From the IMG/VR virus record IMGVR_UViG_3300044805_000534: a stretch of DNA of 64,000 bases. One strand, written 5' to 3'. The notes beneath the pieces are model-generated. The model saw only the letters and a program-made list of their open reading frames with translations, was not told where the DNA came from and did not search any database. The position numbers and the translations under genes are program-made. This document shows positions 38,095 to 48,558 of the stretch, piece by piece (the stretch's first letter is position 1; every line of letters begins with the position of its first letter). The stretch comes from an uncultured virus (IMG/VR IMGVR_UViG_3300044805_000534) (Duplodnaviria > Heunggongvirae > Uroviricota > Caudoviricetes).

Positions 38095-40128
38095 ATGCAA
38101 TCTAGATTTATTAAGTTAACGGAATATTGTTTGCTAGAGTATCAATACGAGTCTCTATCACCATCTAATCCAATCATAATAACTTCACCATTTTATACAT
38201 TAAAGAATGGTGATAACGAAATATTCATGTATAATCCAGATTCTGCACTATATGAAACTGGAAACATTAAAGACTTAACTGTCATTCCTCAGGCAACTAA
38301 TGGAGGCCGCTTTGTATATCTTGATTCAGAAAACAGTCCAAACTATACTGAATACGATACAACATTAACCGAAACTGTTGTTCCAGGTGGATCAATTATA
38401 GCAGATAGAGTTAGATTTTATATTGCAACCGGCTTTCAATTCACAGAGTTTACCAATATGGTCCTATCAATTAGACAGGACATGAACAATGGTAATTCAC
38501 TGATTTTAGCAAATATTTTATTAAATGCAACAACCCTCGGCGATGTTCTTCTCTACACTACACGGCCGCTTATTATTGGAAATACCCTATATGATCGATA
38601 TATTGATATAATTGTCCCATCTATAAAAAATATGGATGAGGCTTTCTATACTTCGCCAAACCAGGCAAATACGTTTGCTTACCAAATTACAAATGGTATA
38701 GGTTTAGTTAAAGATAATCCAATTACTGTAAATTTATTTGAGTGTGCATTTGGGCCAGACCTAGCGACTCAAGATGAAATTTATACTACAATTGATATTA
38801 CACAAGCGTATAATGCACAAATTTCACAAGGAAACGACTTTGATCTGGTTGGAGCAAAGGTTAGAGAAGCTATAGACGGCGACTATTTAGAATTTTTTGC
38901 AACTTGGGATCAGGGTTTTCCAGAAGAGTTTATCGGAATTCTTGAAAAAAGAACTGGTCAAGACTGGATAATTTTTCACCAATTAACTATCTTTGAACAA
39001 ATTGGATCCTCTTTTATTAAAAGCGGTGATGCAACGTTTTTTCAAGAAACTAACTTTGATGAGCCTTTAATATTTAGACCAATTCTTAAGAATGCAAATG
39101 AAGCTGTGACAATGGTCGTAGACTATTCAGTTAGACTTGTAAATAGAGTAACTAACGAACAAATTATCAGAACAGCATCCCTAACTGTAGTTAATCCAAA
39201 CAAATACGGAAAATCTCTACTTAAATTGGATCTTGCAGATAAACCAAATTCATATAAAATATCAAATGTGATTGTTAAAAAATTAACAGATTCAGTTCAA
39301 GTGTTTAATGATCCATCAATGGTTAAACCTGCTGCAATTCAACAACCGGCTGTCGCCGCAGTTCAACCTACTGTAATAACAAACACAGTTACTCAATATG
39401 TGCCAGTTTTCTATGTTAGAAATTCAATTGCAATATCTCAAAAAAATCACCTAGTAAGATCTGGCAAAGTATCAAATCTTTCATACGGTCAAGGTTTACT
39501 ATCAATTGCAGTAACGCCGTTCGATAACACATTTATGTTTCAGGTAAAAACTGAATCGACTACTAATCAAGGCGCGGTTAGATTAAACAATATGGATTTA
39601 ACTCAATTTAGTAGATTTGAACTAGTATTTGGCTCAGCTGCATCGAAGGTAACGGTTGCCAATGTTACTGACCCTGCTCAAGCAAATATTGATCTTGGTG
39701 AAATATTATTTAAGGTAGATTCTGCAATCACGGCTAAAATTCAAAACCTAGATGATGCTAAATTCTATATAGTTACCGTAGGTAAAGACGGCAGCCGTTC
39801 TGCCCTATATACTGGAAAGTGGTATAAATCAGATGAGATTTCAACAGCAGACACAGAAAATGCTCAGCAACTAAGTAAAGCCAGAGCTGAATCAGATTTG
39901 ACAGATACTGTAGAATCGCTAAAGGTTAGAATAACTGAGCTTGAGTCAGAAAATGCCAAACTTAAAACATCTTCGGTTAAAGACATAGTATCGCAGCCAG
40001 CTGGTAATGTTGAAGATATTCCAAGAACAAATACTAATCCTATTAGACAATCTTCACCAGTACGATATCCAAGAAAACCACGGTTTGACAGCGGTGAACA
40101 GTATGGGTCAAGTGAACTTCTTCAATAG
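38095..40128 (+). CDS. Hypothetical large protein (probably structural)
   Basis: 677 aa, beta-rich with C-terminal coiled coil. Confidence 0.6.
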   Translation: MQSRFIKLTEYCLLEYQYESLSPSNPIIITSPFYTLKNGDNEIFMYNPDSALYETGNIKDLTVIPQATNGGRFVYLDSENSPNYTEYDTTLTETVVPGGSIIADRVRFYIATGFQFTEFTNMVLSIRQDMNNGNSLILANILLNATTLGDVLLYTTRPLIIGNTLYDRYIDIIVPSIKNMDEAFYTSPNQANTFAYQITNGIGLVKDNPITVNLFECAFGPDLATQDEIYTTIDITQAYNAQISQGNDFDLVGAKVREAIDGDYLEFFATWDQGFPEEFIGILEKRTGQDWIIFHQLTIFEQIGSSFIKSGDATFFQETNFDEPLIFRPILKNANEAVTMVVDYSVRLVNRVTNEQIIRTASLTVVNPNKYGKSLLKLDLADKPNSYKISNVIVKKLTDSVQVFNDPSMVKPAAIQQPAVAAVQPTVITNTVTQYVPVFYVRNSIAISQKNHLVRSGKVSNLSYGQGLLSIAVTPFDNTFMFQVKTESTTNQGAVRLNNMDLTQFSRFELVFGSAASKVTVANVTDPAQANIDLGEILFKVDSAITAKIQNLDDAKFYIVTVGKDGSRSALYTGKWYKSDEISTADTENAQQLSKARAESDLTDTVESLKVRITELESENAKLKTSSVKDIVSQPAGNVEDIPRTNTNPIRQSSPVRYPRKPRFDSGEQYGSSELLQ

Positions 40129-40191
40129 TTTTAATTTGGTGTATTCGTATTAAACTACACAGATAAATAATAAAAAATAGATCGTCGAATA

Positions 40192-41859
40192 ATGAACGAC
40201 TTAACAAAAAACTTAATCAAAGAATTAAAAACAGCTACCGCTGTATCTGAGAGCAGAATGCTACAGATGTTCGTCGCTGGCATTGAAGCCAACGTTACTG
40301 CTTCTGGCGACATCGAGCAGGCACTAGCCGATCTAGCTGAAGTTAGTGAAAAATTACAAAATAGTGAGCTTGATGCAATCGTTAAGAAATTTAACGAATT
40401 GTCAAACACACCGGCCAAAAAGTTAAAAATGATTGAAAATGGTGCAGCAATTCTTCCTAAGATTGCTCAAATCAAAGAATCTGCCGCATACGCTGATCCT
40501 ATCCTTAAGACTATTATTTCTGGTATTGAGAAATATGCTTCTGTAAATTCAGAGCCAATTGTAATAGAATCAGTTATTGCAAAACTTTCTCCGTTTTCAT
40601 TTGATTCAACCGTTAAAGCTGTAGTTGCAGACTTAACTAAATATGTTGCCGAAAATAGAGCAACTCTTGCAATCTTTAATACTATTGCAGATTTAAAGAA
40701 AGCTCCAAATGCATACTATGCTAAAGTTTCTGAAAAATTAGAAACCGCTATACTTGAAGGTAGAACTTCAGTTGATGCCTTAACTATGATTCTTGCTGAA
40801 GCTACTGCACAGCCAGTTATTAAAAACCTATTAAATAGACTTGCTCAATTTGAATCTTCTCAAAATGGAGGATTTAGTTTAGGTTCAGGTAACGGTTCTA
40901 CTAAAATTAACCCAGTAATTGGAATTTATACTAAAACTGCTAAGGGAGTTAGAGTGTTAATTGAAAACCATATTATTGATATGAATGATGAAGAAGAAGC
41001 TGAAATGGTTCCATTCGCATCAATTCCTCAAGAAGATGAATTTGCTCAAACTGCAAAGGCTTACACAGAATTAGGTTTTAAACCAACTGAACATGGAGTT
41101 GAAGCTAAAGGTAAAGCAAATACTATTGCATTTAAAGTTTCTCCAGAAGGCGAAGTTTCATTTGAAATCAATGGTAATATCGCAGAAGACTTAAATAGCT
41201 CAGAAATTTATAAAACTCTAGTTGTTGAAACAATTGCGTTTAAGCAAAATGTTGCAAAGATTTTAGAAAATGCAAATATGGTTGCTCAATTTGAATTCGT
41301 TCAAAGATTTGTTACTGAAGGTGCACAAAGCTATGCAATCAATACTGAAAAATCTGGTATCTTTGTTTTAGACAGACAAGGTCTTAGAAAATACGATACG
41401 CTAGGTTTCCACAAATATGTTGCTGAAACTTTTAACTATGACGTAAGCGATCTTTTTGCAATCCAACTTTCTGAAAGACAAGAATTTATTAAAAGTGTTA
41501 ATGAAAGAAAATTAGTAATTAAATCTGATATTGCTAAATTAGAAGAGTCTATTGAACAATTAGATTCAGTAATTGCTGAAGCTGACGAAGAAACTCAAGA
41601 TCAACTTGAAACTCTTAAGCATACAATTAACTCAAGTATAGTAGGTCTTAAAGACGAATATCTTACACTAGATGATAGTTTAGAGACTGACCCAATTATT
41701 GGAGAAGCTGGTACAGCATTTTCGATTGGTGATAAAGTAATGCATGAAGGCGAACCAGTTGAAATCTCTGGAGTAGACACTGCGTCTAAAGAATATCAAC
41801 TAAGTAATGGTAAAACTGCTCCAGAAAAGGAGATTACGCCAGAAGTTGAAACTATGTAA
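40192..41859 (+). CDS. Hypothetical acidic helical protein (possible head/core component)
   Basis: 555 aa; ATAAATA upstream and terminator downstream. Confidence 0.6.
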   Translation: MNDLTKNLIKELKTATAVSESRMLQMFVAGIEANVTASGDIEQALADLAEVSEKLQNSELDAIVKKFNELSNTPAKKLKMIENGAAILPKIAQIKESAAYADPILKTIISGIEKYASVNSEPIVIESVIAKLSPFSFDSTVKAVVADLTKYVAENRATLAIFNTIADLKKAPNAYYAKVSEKLETAILEGRTSVDALTMILAEATAQPVIKNLLNRLAQFESSQNGGFSLGSGNGSTKINPVIGIYTKTAKGVRVLIENHIIDMNDEEEAEMVPFASIPQEDEFAQTAKAYTELGFKPTEHGVEAKGKANTIAFKVSPEGEVSFEINGNIAEDLNSSEIYKTLVVETIAFKQNVAKILENANMVAQFEFVQRFVTEGAQSYAINTEKSGIFVLDRQGLRKYDTLGFHKYVAETFNYDVSDLFAIQLSERQEFIKSVNERKLVIKSDIAKLEESIEQLDSVIAEADEETQDQLETLKHTINSSIVGLKDEYLTLDDSLETDPIIGEAGTAFSIGDKVMHEGEPVEISGVDTASKEYQLSNGKTAPEKEITPEVETM

Positions 41860-41885
41860 TTTTTAGAATACCTAAATATTTTTTT

Positions 41886-41912
41886 AAAGCCTGAGGTAAC
41901 TCGGGCTTTTTT
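41886..41912 (+). terminator. Rho-independent terminator
   Basis: aaagcctgag-gtaa-ctcgggcttt plus T-run. Confidence 0.8.
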
Positions 41913-41949
41913 ATTAGTATAATATTCTAAACATACTTAAAGTAGTAAC

Positions 41950-42768
41950 ATGGCAAAACAGAAAACAGCAGATGTATTGATTAGTTTAGAAGAAGCTAGA
42001 GAACGCGGACTCTTAATCCATACTAAAAAAGACACACCCTATTTCAATTACAGTTTATTCGTAAGATCAGAAGATGAAGTTAAATACAATATTAATCAAA
42101 ACATCAGTAAAACTGCTACAGGCGGGGAATACTTTAGTCCACTATTTAGAACCGATTGGAATACTAATGGTCATCAATTTCAACTAGAAAATTTAGATCA
42201 GGAAGACGTTTGGTTAGATGCAGGCGGGCATATCGGCATTTTTGCAACTAGACTCTTAACACAGTTTCCTCGTATCAAGAAGGTTTTGTCATATGAGCCT
42301 TTCCATAATAATATTGAGTTTGCTGAACTTAATCTTGGAGAAAATGGCGTAGCTGATCGATGCGAAATGATTGAAGCTGCACTTGTATCAGATGATGATA
42401 CAAAAAATGTAGATTTCTTTTTAGCATGGGATTCAGGCAAACACTCACTGCTTCCAGTTAGAGGCCGTACTCAAGTAACAGTTCCAGCTAAAAACTTTAA
42501 AGATGCTCTTAAAGAGGCAACTTGCCTAAAAATGGATGTTGAAGGCTTAGAATATGACTTGATTAAATCTGTAGAGGATTGGTCAAATATCAGAATCGCA
42601 ATTATTGAATACCACTTCCACTATCGTAACTTATCTAAAGGCCGAGTTGAAAAATTTAATGAAATCTTAGATATTTTTAAAGCCAACTTTGATGACATTT
42701 ATGTATGTCCAAATGTTGAAAACACTAAAACCTGGATTACTCACTTTGCTGCAGTAAAGAGAGGCTAA
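41950..42768 (+). CDS. FkbM-family SAM-dependent methyltransferase
   Basis: WLDAGGHIGIF, SYEP, LKMDVEGLEY, IIEYH. Confidence 0.85.
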   Translation: MAKQKTADVLISLEEARERGLLIHTKKDTPYFNYSLFVRSEDEVKYNINQNISKTATGGEYFSPLFRTDWNTNGHQFQLENLDQEDVWLDAGGHIGIFATRLLTQFPRIKKVLSYEPFHNNIEFAELNLGENGVADRCEMIEAALVSDDDTKNVDFFLAWDSGKHSLLPVRGRTQVTVPAKNFKDALKEATCLKMDVEGLEYDLIKSVEDWSNIRIAIIEYHFHYRNLSKGRVEKFNEILDIFKANFDDIYVCPNVENTKTWITHFAAVKRG

Positions 42769-42787
42769 TCTAAATTAACTTTTTATT

Positions 42788-42814
42788 AAAGCCGAGTAAT
42801 ACTCGGCTTTTTTT
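42788..42814 (+). terminator. Rho-independent terminator
   Basis: aaagccgagt-aat-actcggcttt plus T-run. Confidence 0.8.
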
Positions 42815-42849
42815 GTAATCTTATGATGAAACTATTGTATAATAAAGAT

Positions 42850-43929
42850 ATGAACACGCCAGCTGCACTATATGCATATTTTGGATATCTTGGAGATTTT
42901 TCAACTGATATACCAGGACATACTTTTTACCAAATTGGTTTAATAGATCAATTGTGTAATCATCACCATATTGATAAGGTAGATTTTTATTCATACTTAT
43001 CACACGATCAAGTTGGCGCAACTCAAAAGTCTCCAATTTGGCCAACCAGCCCAGTTACTCCAGTATTTGAAAAGTTTACTAAAGAAAGAATCAGGTCCTA
43101 TAATTTAGGATTTGCTAAAGTTGCTGAAAATATTGAAAAGGGCAGATACGATAAAATTTTCCTAAAAGCCAGATTTAGAAATCTTTCAACCTTAACTAAA
43201 CAGTTAACTGATGCGCGACAGTTTGAACTTCTTATTAAAGCAGCAATTCAAACTGGTCAAGCCAATAAAGTTGTAATATTAGATACAGATCTTTCACTTG
43301 ATCCAGAATTTGTTGATTTTTGTAAATCTCAAGGAATAACATTTGAAATTCCATCAATAGACTATCCAAATGTATCAAAGGATTTTATTAAAGCCTGTGA
43401 AAAGGTATGGTTAGACGAAACTGACAGATTTGAAAGAAATGACAAAGTATTTTATTATGGAAATATTTCATTTGGTAATTATAAAGTAGGTCATGCTAAA
43501 AATCCAATTGTGGTTGATGCAATAAAGACGTCTGCTGATTTTAAATCATTCACTGGTAAAAAATACGATGTTGCAATTGCTGGTAAACTTGATCCGGCCC
43601 TAACTAGTGATTTTCAAGAAAAGAATATTAAATTAATAAAGAGAACTGACCGATCTGATATTTGGAATGAATATGCAGGTTCAGCAATAAGTCTAAATAT
43701 CTCAAAGGATCTATATCTAGAGCGAGGATTTTATCCAGCCAGGGTATACGAAAGCCTTATTTTTGGTGCAATACCGGTATCTTATATGGACTATCGTATC
43801 CATGAAGCTCTTGGATTTACAGATTTACATAAGTTAGAAGAAATTTTAGCATTTTTTAAAGATTCTAGCCCCTCTGACCGAGCTGCCATCTATTCTAAAT
43901 GTATTTCAAACCTGTTTCCGTGTAGATAA
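42850..43929 (+). CDS. GT-B glycosyltransferase-like protein
   Basis: VFYYGN, SLNISKD.Y...GFYPARVYESLIFGAIP; start moved to ATG 42850, just after GTATAAT. Confidence 0.65.
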   Translation: MNTPAALYAYFGYLGDFSTDIPGHTFYQIGLIDQLCNHHHIDKVDFYSYLSHDQVGATQKSPIWPTSPVTPVFEKFTKERIRSYNLGFAKVAENIEKGRYDKIFLKARFRNLSTLTKQLTDARQFELLIKAAIQTGQANKVVILDTDLSLDPEFVDFCKSQGITFEIPSIDYPNVSKDFIKACEKVWLDETDRFERNDKVFYYGNISFGNYKVGHAKNPIVVDAIKTSADFKSFTGKKYDVAIAGKLDPALTSDFQEKNIKLIKRTDRSDIWNEYAGSAISLNISKDLYLERGFYPARVYESLIFGAIPVSYMDYRIHEALGFTDLHKLEEILAFFKDSSPSDRAAIYSKCISNLFPCR

Positions 43930-43955
43930 ATAAAGAAAAATGGCCCTACTACTAA

Positions 43956-46523
43956 ATGGCATCAAAATATATTTTAAGTAGAGATCAATTTGTAATTAAC
44001 GAATCTGATAACTCTAATCCACTATTTGACTTCTTAAATGAAGTTGGTCCAGACCTAATGCAAATGCTGGACACAATTAAACCAGTCTTGCCTGAATCAG
44101 TATCAGATGAATTTATTGAAAATTCGCAAAGATACGATGCTGCTCTTAGCCAGTCTGGATTTTCTGAAAATTCTAAATTAGAGCATATTTTATATGCAAT
44201 GGGAACGACTGGTGTTACCCTATTTACAGAATCTAATTTTAACCTTGATTCAGTAATTGAACATTACTATTCAGTTAACGAGGACTTTTTTGATACTCTT
44301 AGATCAATTTGGAACGCCCTAACCGAAAATGGTTCGCCGCTAGGTATCGTACACTTATTATTAGATATTATTGGATTTATTCCAGCTTCATATTTTGGCT
44401 TTCCTATTGATATTGTTGCAGATGGACTAAACGCGGTAATTTACTTACTAGAAGGTCAATACGGATCAGCATTAATTAGTGTAATTGCAGCAGCTCTACC
44501 GGGAATTGGTGATGCAGCCAAAGCATTAAAATTAGCAAAAGGCTTTAAGAAAATAAACAATTTAGCTGAAGTTGCATTTAAAACAGGTAAAGCTGACGCA
44601 GGCATTGTTAAGGCTCTTGCCAAAGAAGATCCTACAACACTTGCTAAATTCTTACAGATATTTTCTGGAGCAAAGCCAGTTATTACATTTTTTATAAACC
44701 TTGCAAAAGGAGTAGGTCGAGGCATTGAAGCACTATTGAGATCATGGCCAGTAAGTATGTTATTCGGCGGGCTTGGTAAAAAGCTTGGAAAATGGCTAGA
44801 CACGGCAGTTACGCCAATTACCAAAAATCTAGATTCTGCAATTGATGATATGGCAGCTCTTACAACTAAGGGTTCAGATGATATTACAGCTGCAATCAAG
44901 AGTGGAGATGCCAGTAAAGTAGCAGATACTGGAAGTGATATTGTTACTAAGATCGGAGCAGATGTAGTTAATGATGCTGGAGTAGTAACTAAAATGTCTG
45001 AATTAACTGCAGCAAAAGCCGCAGGTAATATGGCAGAAGTTAAACGTATTGAAGGAATTCTTCAAACTCGTATTGAAAAGGGATTACCTGGAGCAGGGCG
45101 CTTTGTTAAAGGCGGCAGACTAATTGACGTTATAAATTCAAATCTTAAAATTAGTGATGATCTTCTTAAAACAGGAGGAAAGGATCTAGACAAATTCTTA
45201 GAAAAAGGTTGGGATGAATATATTTCTGTATGGAAAGAAATTAAAAAAGTTGACGGTGTTCCTCTTACAGCAAGCGACCTTAGCCAAATTGAAAAGCTTA
45301 AATCTGCTTGGATGGAGGGTCGTAAAGCTGAGGCGCTATTTGCTGGAATGAAACGTATTAGCGATTTACCAGCCGATGATTTAATTAGATTAACTGGCAA
45401 TGCAGCTGAAATATCAACTAAAAAAGGTGCAAACTTTAGTGCTAGATTGGTTGCAGAGATTTCAGATGATCCAGCCAAATTAAGTAAATTTTTTAATGGA
45501 ATTTTGTCTAACCCCGCGGCGCTAGCCAAATTAGAAGAAGCTGGCCCAGGTGTAGTTGGAATGTATAGACTTTTTGCAAAAAATCCAGAGGTATATGCTG
45601 ATATTGCAAAAGCTGGATCTAGTGCAATTAAAAGGTTTGACGATTTAGCAAAAGTTGGAGGAACCTGGTCACAAGCTCTTAGAAAAAGTAGAGTTATGCG
45701 AAATAAACTAATTATTGCTAAAAACGTAATTGGTGCTCCGCTTAGATGTCCAATTGCAGAGTTAGGTCAAGGCGATATGGGAGGTATTGAGGCATTGGGT
45801 ACGTTAGGTTTAAAAAAGGAATCTACTAAATTTATCCTAAGTCGATCTCAGTTTTTGTTAGAGGCAGAAGATGCTACACCTACTACGGCAGCAGATGAAA
45901 TATCACAAGAATTAGAAAAAGCAAAAAGAGGTAATGCAATAGTAGGTCCTCTTAGCTATGTTGATATTTGTCAAAGTCACGTAAATAAAGCAATAGACGA
46001 ACTTGCGCTAGCCGCAACCGTTCCATCTAAGGATAGTGCACTAGTTAAAAACGGCCCAAAACAAGATTTTGTTGCAGCTGGAGTTAGTAGTGAAGCTACT
46101 ATTGCTAATCAAGAAGCAGTCGATGCTACCCTAAAACAAATGGGAATATCTTCTCCAATTTCAGATGCAGGTATGATGACCGAATTACCAGCCGATGCCA
46201 CTATTCAAGAAGTAATTTCAGAAAGAGTCGGAACCGACTGGCAACACGGCGGACTATGGTATATGTTAGCTGCGGTAATGACACAGGACATGGAATATGA
46301 ATCAATTAAATCTAAACTTAAGAGTGCCCTTAAAGAGTATGAAAATAATTATAAACGTACAGCCGGCAATGTAGCAACAACTGGCTCAATTAGTTTTTAT
46401 CCATCTCCTGGAGAAGCACAATTAATCAAATCTGAATTTGAAAAACTGGATGCCGATCCATCGTATAGACCAAATTTCTTTGGAGGTTCGGTGACTGCTA
46501 GCGACTTACTTAAAATGTTTTAA
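43956..46523 (+). CDS. Large putative internal virion protein with pre-toxin-TG-like segment
   Basis: LLLDIIGFIP...IDIVADGLNAVIYLLEGQYGSALIS..AAALPGIGDAAK; leader KYILSRDQFVINE repeated internally as KFILSRSQFLLE. Confidence 0.65.
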   Translation: MASKYILSRDQFVINESDNSNPLFDFLNEVGPDLMQMLDTIKPVLPESVSDEFIENSQRYDAALSQSGFSENSKLEHILYAMGTTGVTLFTESNFNLDSVIEHYYSVNEDFFDTLRSIWNALTENGSPLGIVHLLLDIIGFIPASYFGFPIDIVADGLNAVIYLLEGQYGSALISVIAAALPGIGDAAKALKLAKGFKKINNLAEVAFKTGKADAGIVKALAKEDPTTLAKFLQIFSGAKPVITFFINLAKGVGRGIEALLRSWPVSMLFGGLGKKLGKWLDTAVTPITKNLDSAIDDMAALTTKGSDDITAAIKSGDASKVADTGSDIVTKIGADVVNDAGVVTKMSELTAAKAAGNMAEVKRIEGILQTRIEKGLPGAGRFVKGGRLIDVINSNLKISDDLLKTGGKDLDKFLEKGWDEYISVWKEIKKVDGVPLTASDLSQIEKLKSAWMEGRKAEALFAGMKRISDLPADDLIRLTGNAAEISTKKGANFSARLVAEISDDPAKLSKFFNGILSNPAALAKLEEAGPGVVGMYRLFAKNPEVYADIAKAGSSAIKRFDDLAKVGGTWSQALRKSRVMRNKLIIAKNVIGAPLRCPIAELGQGDMGGIEALGTLGLKKESTKFILSRSQFLLEAEDATPTTAADEISQELEKAKRGNAIVGPLSYVDICQSHVNKAIDELALAATVPSKDSALVKNGPKQDFVAAGVSSEATIANQEAVDATLKQMGISSPISDAGMMTELPADATIQEVISERVGTDWQHGGLWYMLAAVMTQDMEYESIKSKLKSALKEYENNYKRTAGNVATTGSISFYPSPGEAQLIKSEFEKLDADPSYRPNFFGGSVTASDLLKMF

Positions 46524-46527
46524 TATA

Positions 46528-47928
46528 ATGAAAACCATAAAAAACATAACTGCTCTATTTGAGCAAACTGCTACTGAAACTGAAACTAAGTTTAAGCTGC
46601 TTGCGCAGCCTATCACTTTACCAGCTGGCGAAGGTAGCATTAGAATAAAATGGCAATACCAATTTAGCTGGCCAGCTAAAAATCCATTATTGGGAGATGT
46701 TAAGGAGTTAATTAATACAATTAATAATGCTAAGGACGGTGATGCTCAGCAGGTCCTAACTGCAATTAAAGGATCTGACCCAACGCATGAAGTAGGTATT
46801 ATTAGAGCTAATGTATCAACTCAAAAAAATAGAATAATTGGAAAAGATCTAGGAGAATTTACAGGATGGATCTATCTTTTTTATCCTGATACAATTAATA
46901 CTCAAGCTATTCCAGCAAATCAAAAAATAGCCTCTGGTATTGATAACAGAATGACTTATTTAATGGGTGCAGATGGTTCATTTCAAAAGTATTTTAAGGA
47001 GCCAGGCACAGGTAAGCCGGCCGACGATAAGAAAATCGCAGCTGATACAAAACCTGCGACTGTATTTACGGCAGCGTCATTCTTAGATGGAGACGGTCCA
47101 GCATACAAATGGTATTATAATGATATTGGTCTGTACTCAACTTACATAAAGAAAGTCACTAAGAAGATTGGAAAGGCACGGGTTGCAGTTACAACAAGCG
47201 GTGATATTGTTCCAATATTTTGGAAATTTATTTCTAAACTACCAGATGGAATGGCTAAAGCTGAGCCAGGCGCTGCTGGGCAGAACCTAATTTATTCGGA
47301 ACCACTTCAGGCCGCTTTAATAAATCTGTTTGCCAAAGCTGCCAAATTCGACCAGTCAAATTTTTCTAAAGTCAACGTTAATGAATTAACACAAGATCTT
47401 TACTCTAAAATGGCGCATGCCGTAGTGGTATTAGGATTAAACGCTGGAAAAATTAAGTTAAATTCACTAGAATTTATGAAAGATCCAGAAAGTGCGGAAT
47501 ATTATGCTCCATTCATAATCTCGGATTTAGCAGCCGGCGCAATTGTTGATCCAACTGCTGCTACAGCCTCAGCAGCCGCCACTGCTGGATTTGATGGAAC
47601 TAATATAACAACTGAAGATCAAGTGTTAAAGATTTTTGCAGGAGTAGTTGTATCTGACAAGACAACTTGGGGAACCCCAGATGTTTCTACAATAGATAAA
47701 GTTAAAACTTACTTTAAAACCAATATGAATAAAAATAGTGCAGGGTCGTATGAAAATATGTTTGCCGCTATTAAAAAATTCTCAGGATTTAAACACGGTC
47801 AAACGTATAGTGAATCAAAAGGATTTAAAGATTTTGAATCTGTAGTAAAGGGAACAGCTGCTGGAAAATTTGATGATGGTTTGCTTACAATTATTAAATC
47901 TGCCATAACAGCCTCTCCAATTAAATAA
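46528..47928 (+). CDS. Hypothetical protein (putative internal virion protein)
   Basis: 466 aa; leader MKTIKNITALFEQ. Confidence 0.6.
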   Translation: MKTIKNITALFEQTATETETKFKLLAQPITLPAGEGSIRIKWQYQFSWPAKNPLLGDVKELINTINNAKDGDAQQVLTAIKGSDPTHEVGIIRANVSTQKNRIIGKDLGEFTGWIYLFYPDTINTQAIPANQKIASGIDNRMTYLMGADGSFQKYFKEPGTGKPADDKKIAADTKPATVFTAASFLDGDGPAYKWYYNDIGLYSTYIKKVTKKIGKARVAVTTSGDIVPIFWKFISKLPDGMAKAEPGAAGQNLIYSEPLQAALINLFAKAAKFDQSNFSKVNVNELTQDLYSKMAHAVVVLGLNAGKIKLNSLEFMKDPESAEYYAPFIISDLAAGAIVDPTAATASAAATAGFDGTNITTEDQVLKIFAGVVVSDKTTWGTPDVSTIDKVKTYFKTNMNKNSAGSYENMFAAIKKFSGFKHGQTYSESKGFKDFESVVKGTAAGKFDDGLLTIIKSAITASPIK

Positions 47929-47949
47929 ATAATTAAAATAAATTAAAAA

Positions 47950-48555
47950 ATGAAAAATATTAAAAGATTTTCAGACTTTTTAGTCGAACAAACAGGAAGA
48001 TTTGGACAAGCTTCTTCCGCAAGCTCATCTGGTCAAAAAAGCAGTACCGTGGCTTCAAAAAAGGCAGAGCCCGCAAATAATACGCCAGCAGGTCCTACTG
48101 CAGAGGCTATTGCCAAAGAAAAAGAGGCTTTAACCGCTAAGCTAGACGCAGGTTTTAAGAAACTACAAGATTGGTTAATCGCTATGTTTGTTGAAGCAAA
48201 TCCATTTTGGAATAAATTCAAAAGCACGTGGAACGATAATGAAAAAACGGCTTGGGCCGCACTAGAACAGCAATGGGAATTGGACTGCAAACCTACATTG
48301 GATGATCTTACTACGACTCTTGCACAATTAACCAAGGATGTTGCAGCAAATGGTAAATATGCAAGTGATGCTACAATGGTATCTCTTTCAAAGAAAATGA
48401 ATTTAAATTTAACTGAAGTTTCTGGATGGATGACTGGCAGAGCTGATGATAGTCTTTTCGATACTTTTGAAGGAGCTAACGACTCAGACACCTTTTCATG
48501 GACGCTTAACTTTTCAACTGGGCCAGTTTCAAAGTCAATTGACACTGATTTTTAA
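47950..48555 (+). CDS. Hypothetical protein (putative internal virion protein)
   Basis: Leader MKNIKRFSDFLVEQ; ATAAATA upstream. Confidence 0.65.
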   Translation: MKNIKRFSDFLVEQTGRFGQASSASSSGQKSSTVASKKAEPANNTPAGPTAEAIAKEKEALTAKLDAGFKKLQDWLIAMFVEANPFWNKFKSTWNDNEKTAWAALEQQWELDCKPTLDDLTTTLAQLTKDVAANGKYASDATMVSLSKKMNLNLTEVSGWMTGRADDSLFDTFEGANDSDTFSWTLNFSTGPVSKSIDTDF

Positions 48556-48558
48556 TTT

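Noticed and set aside
1197..48545. Antisense and nested ORFs in the track (e.g. 1197-1487, 44456-44899, 45062-45529, 48033-48545)
   Set aside because: Shadows of long coding genes with no recognisable motifs
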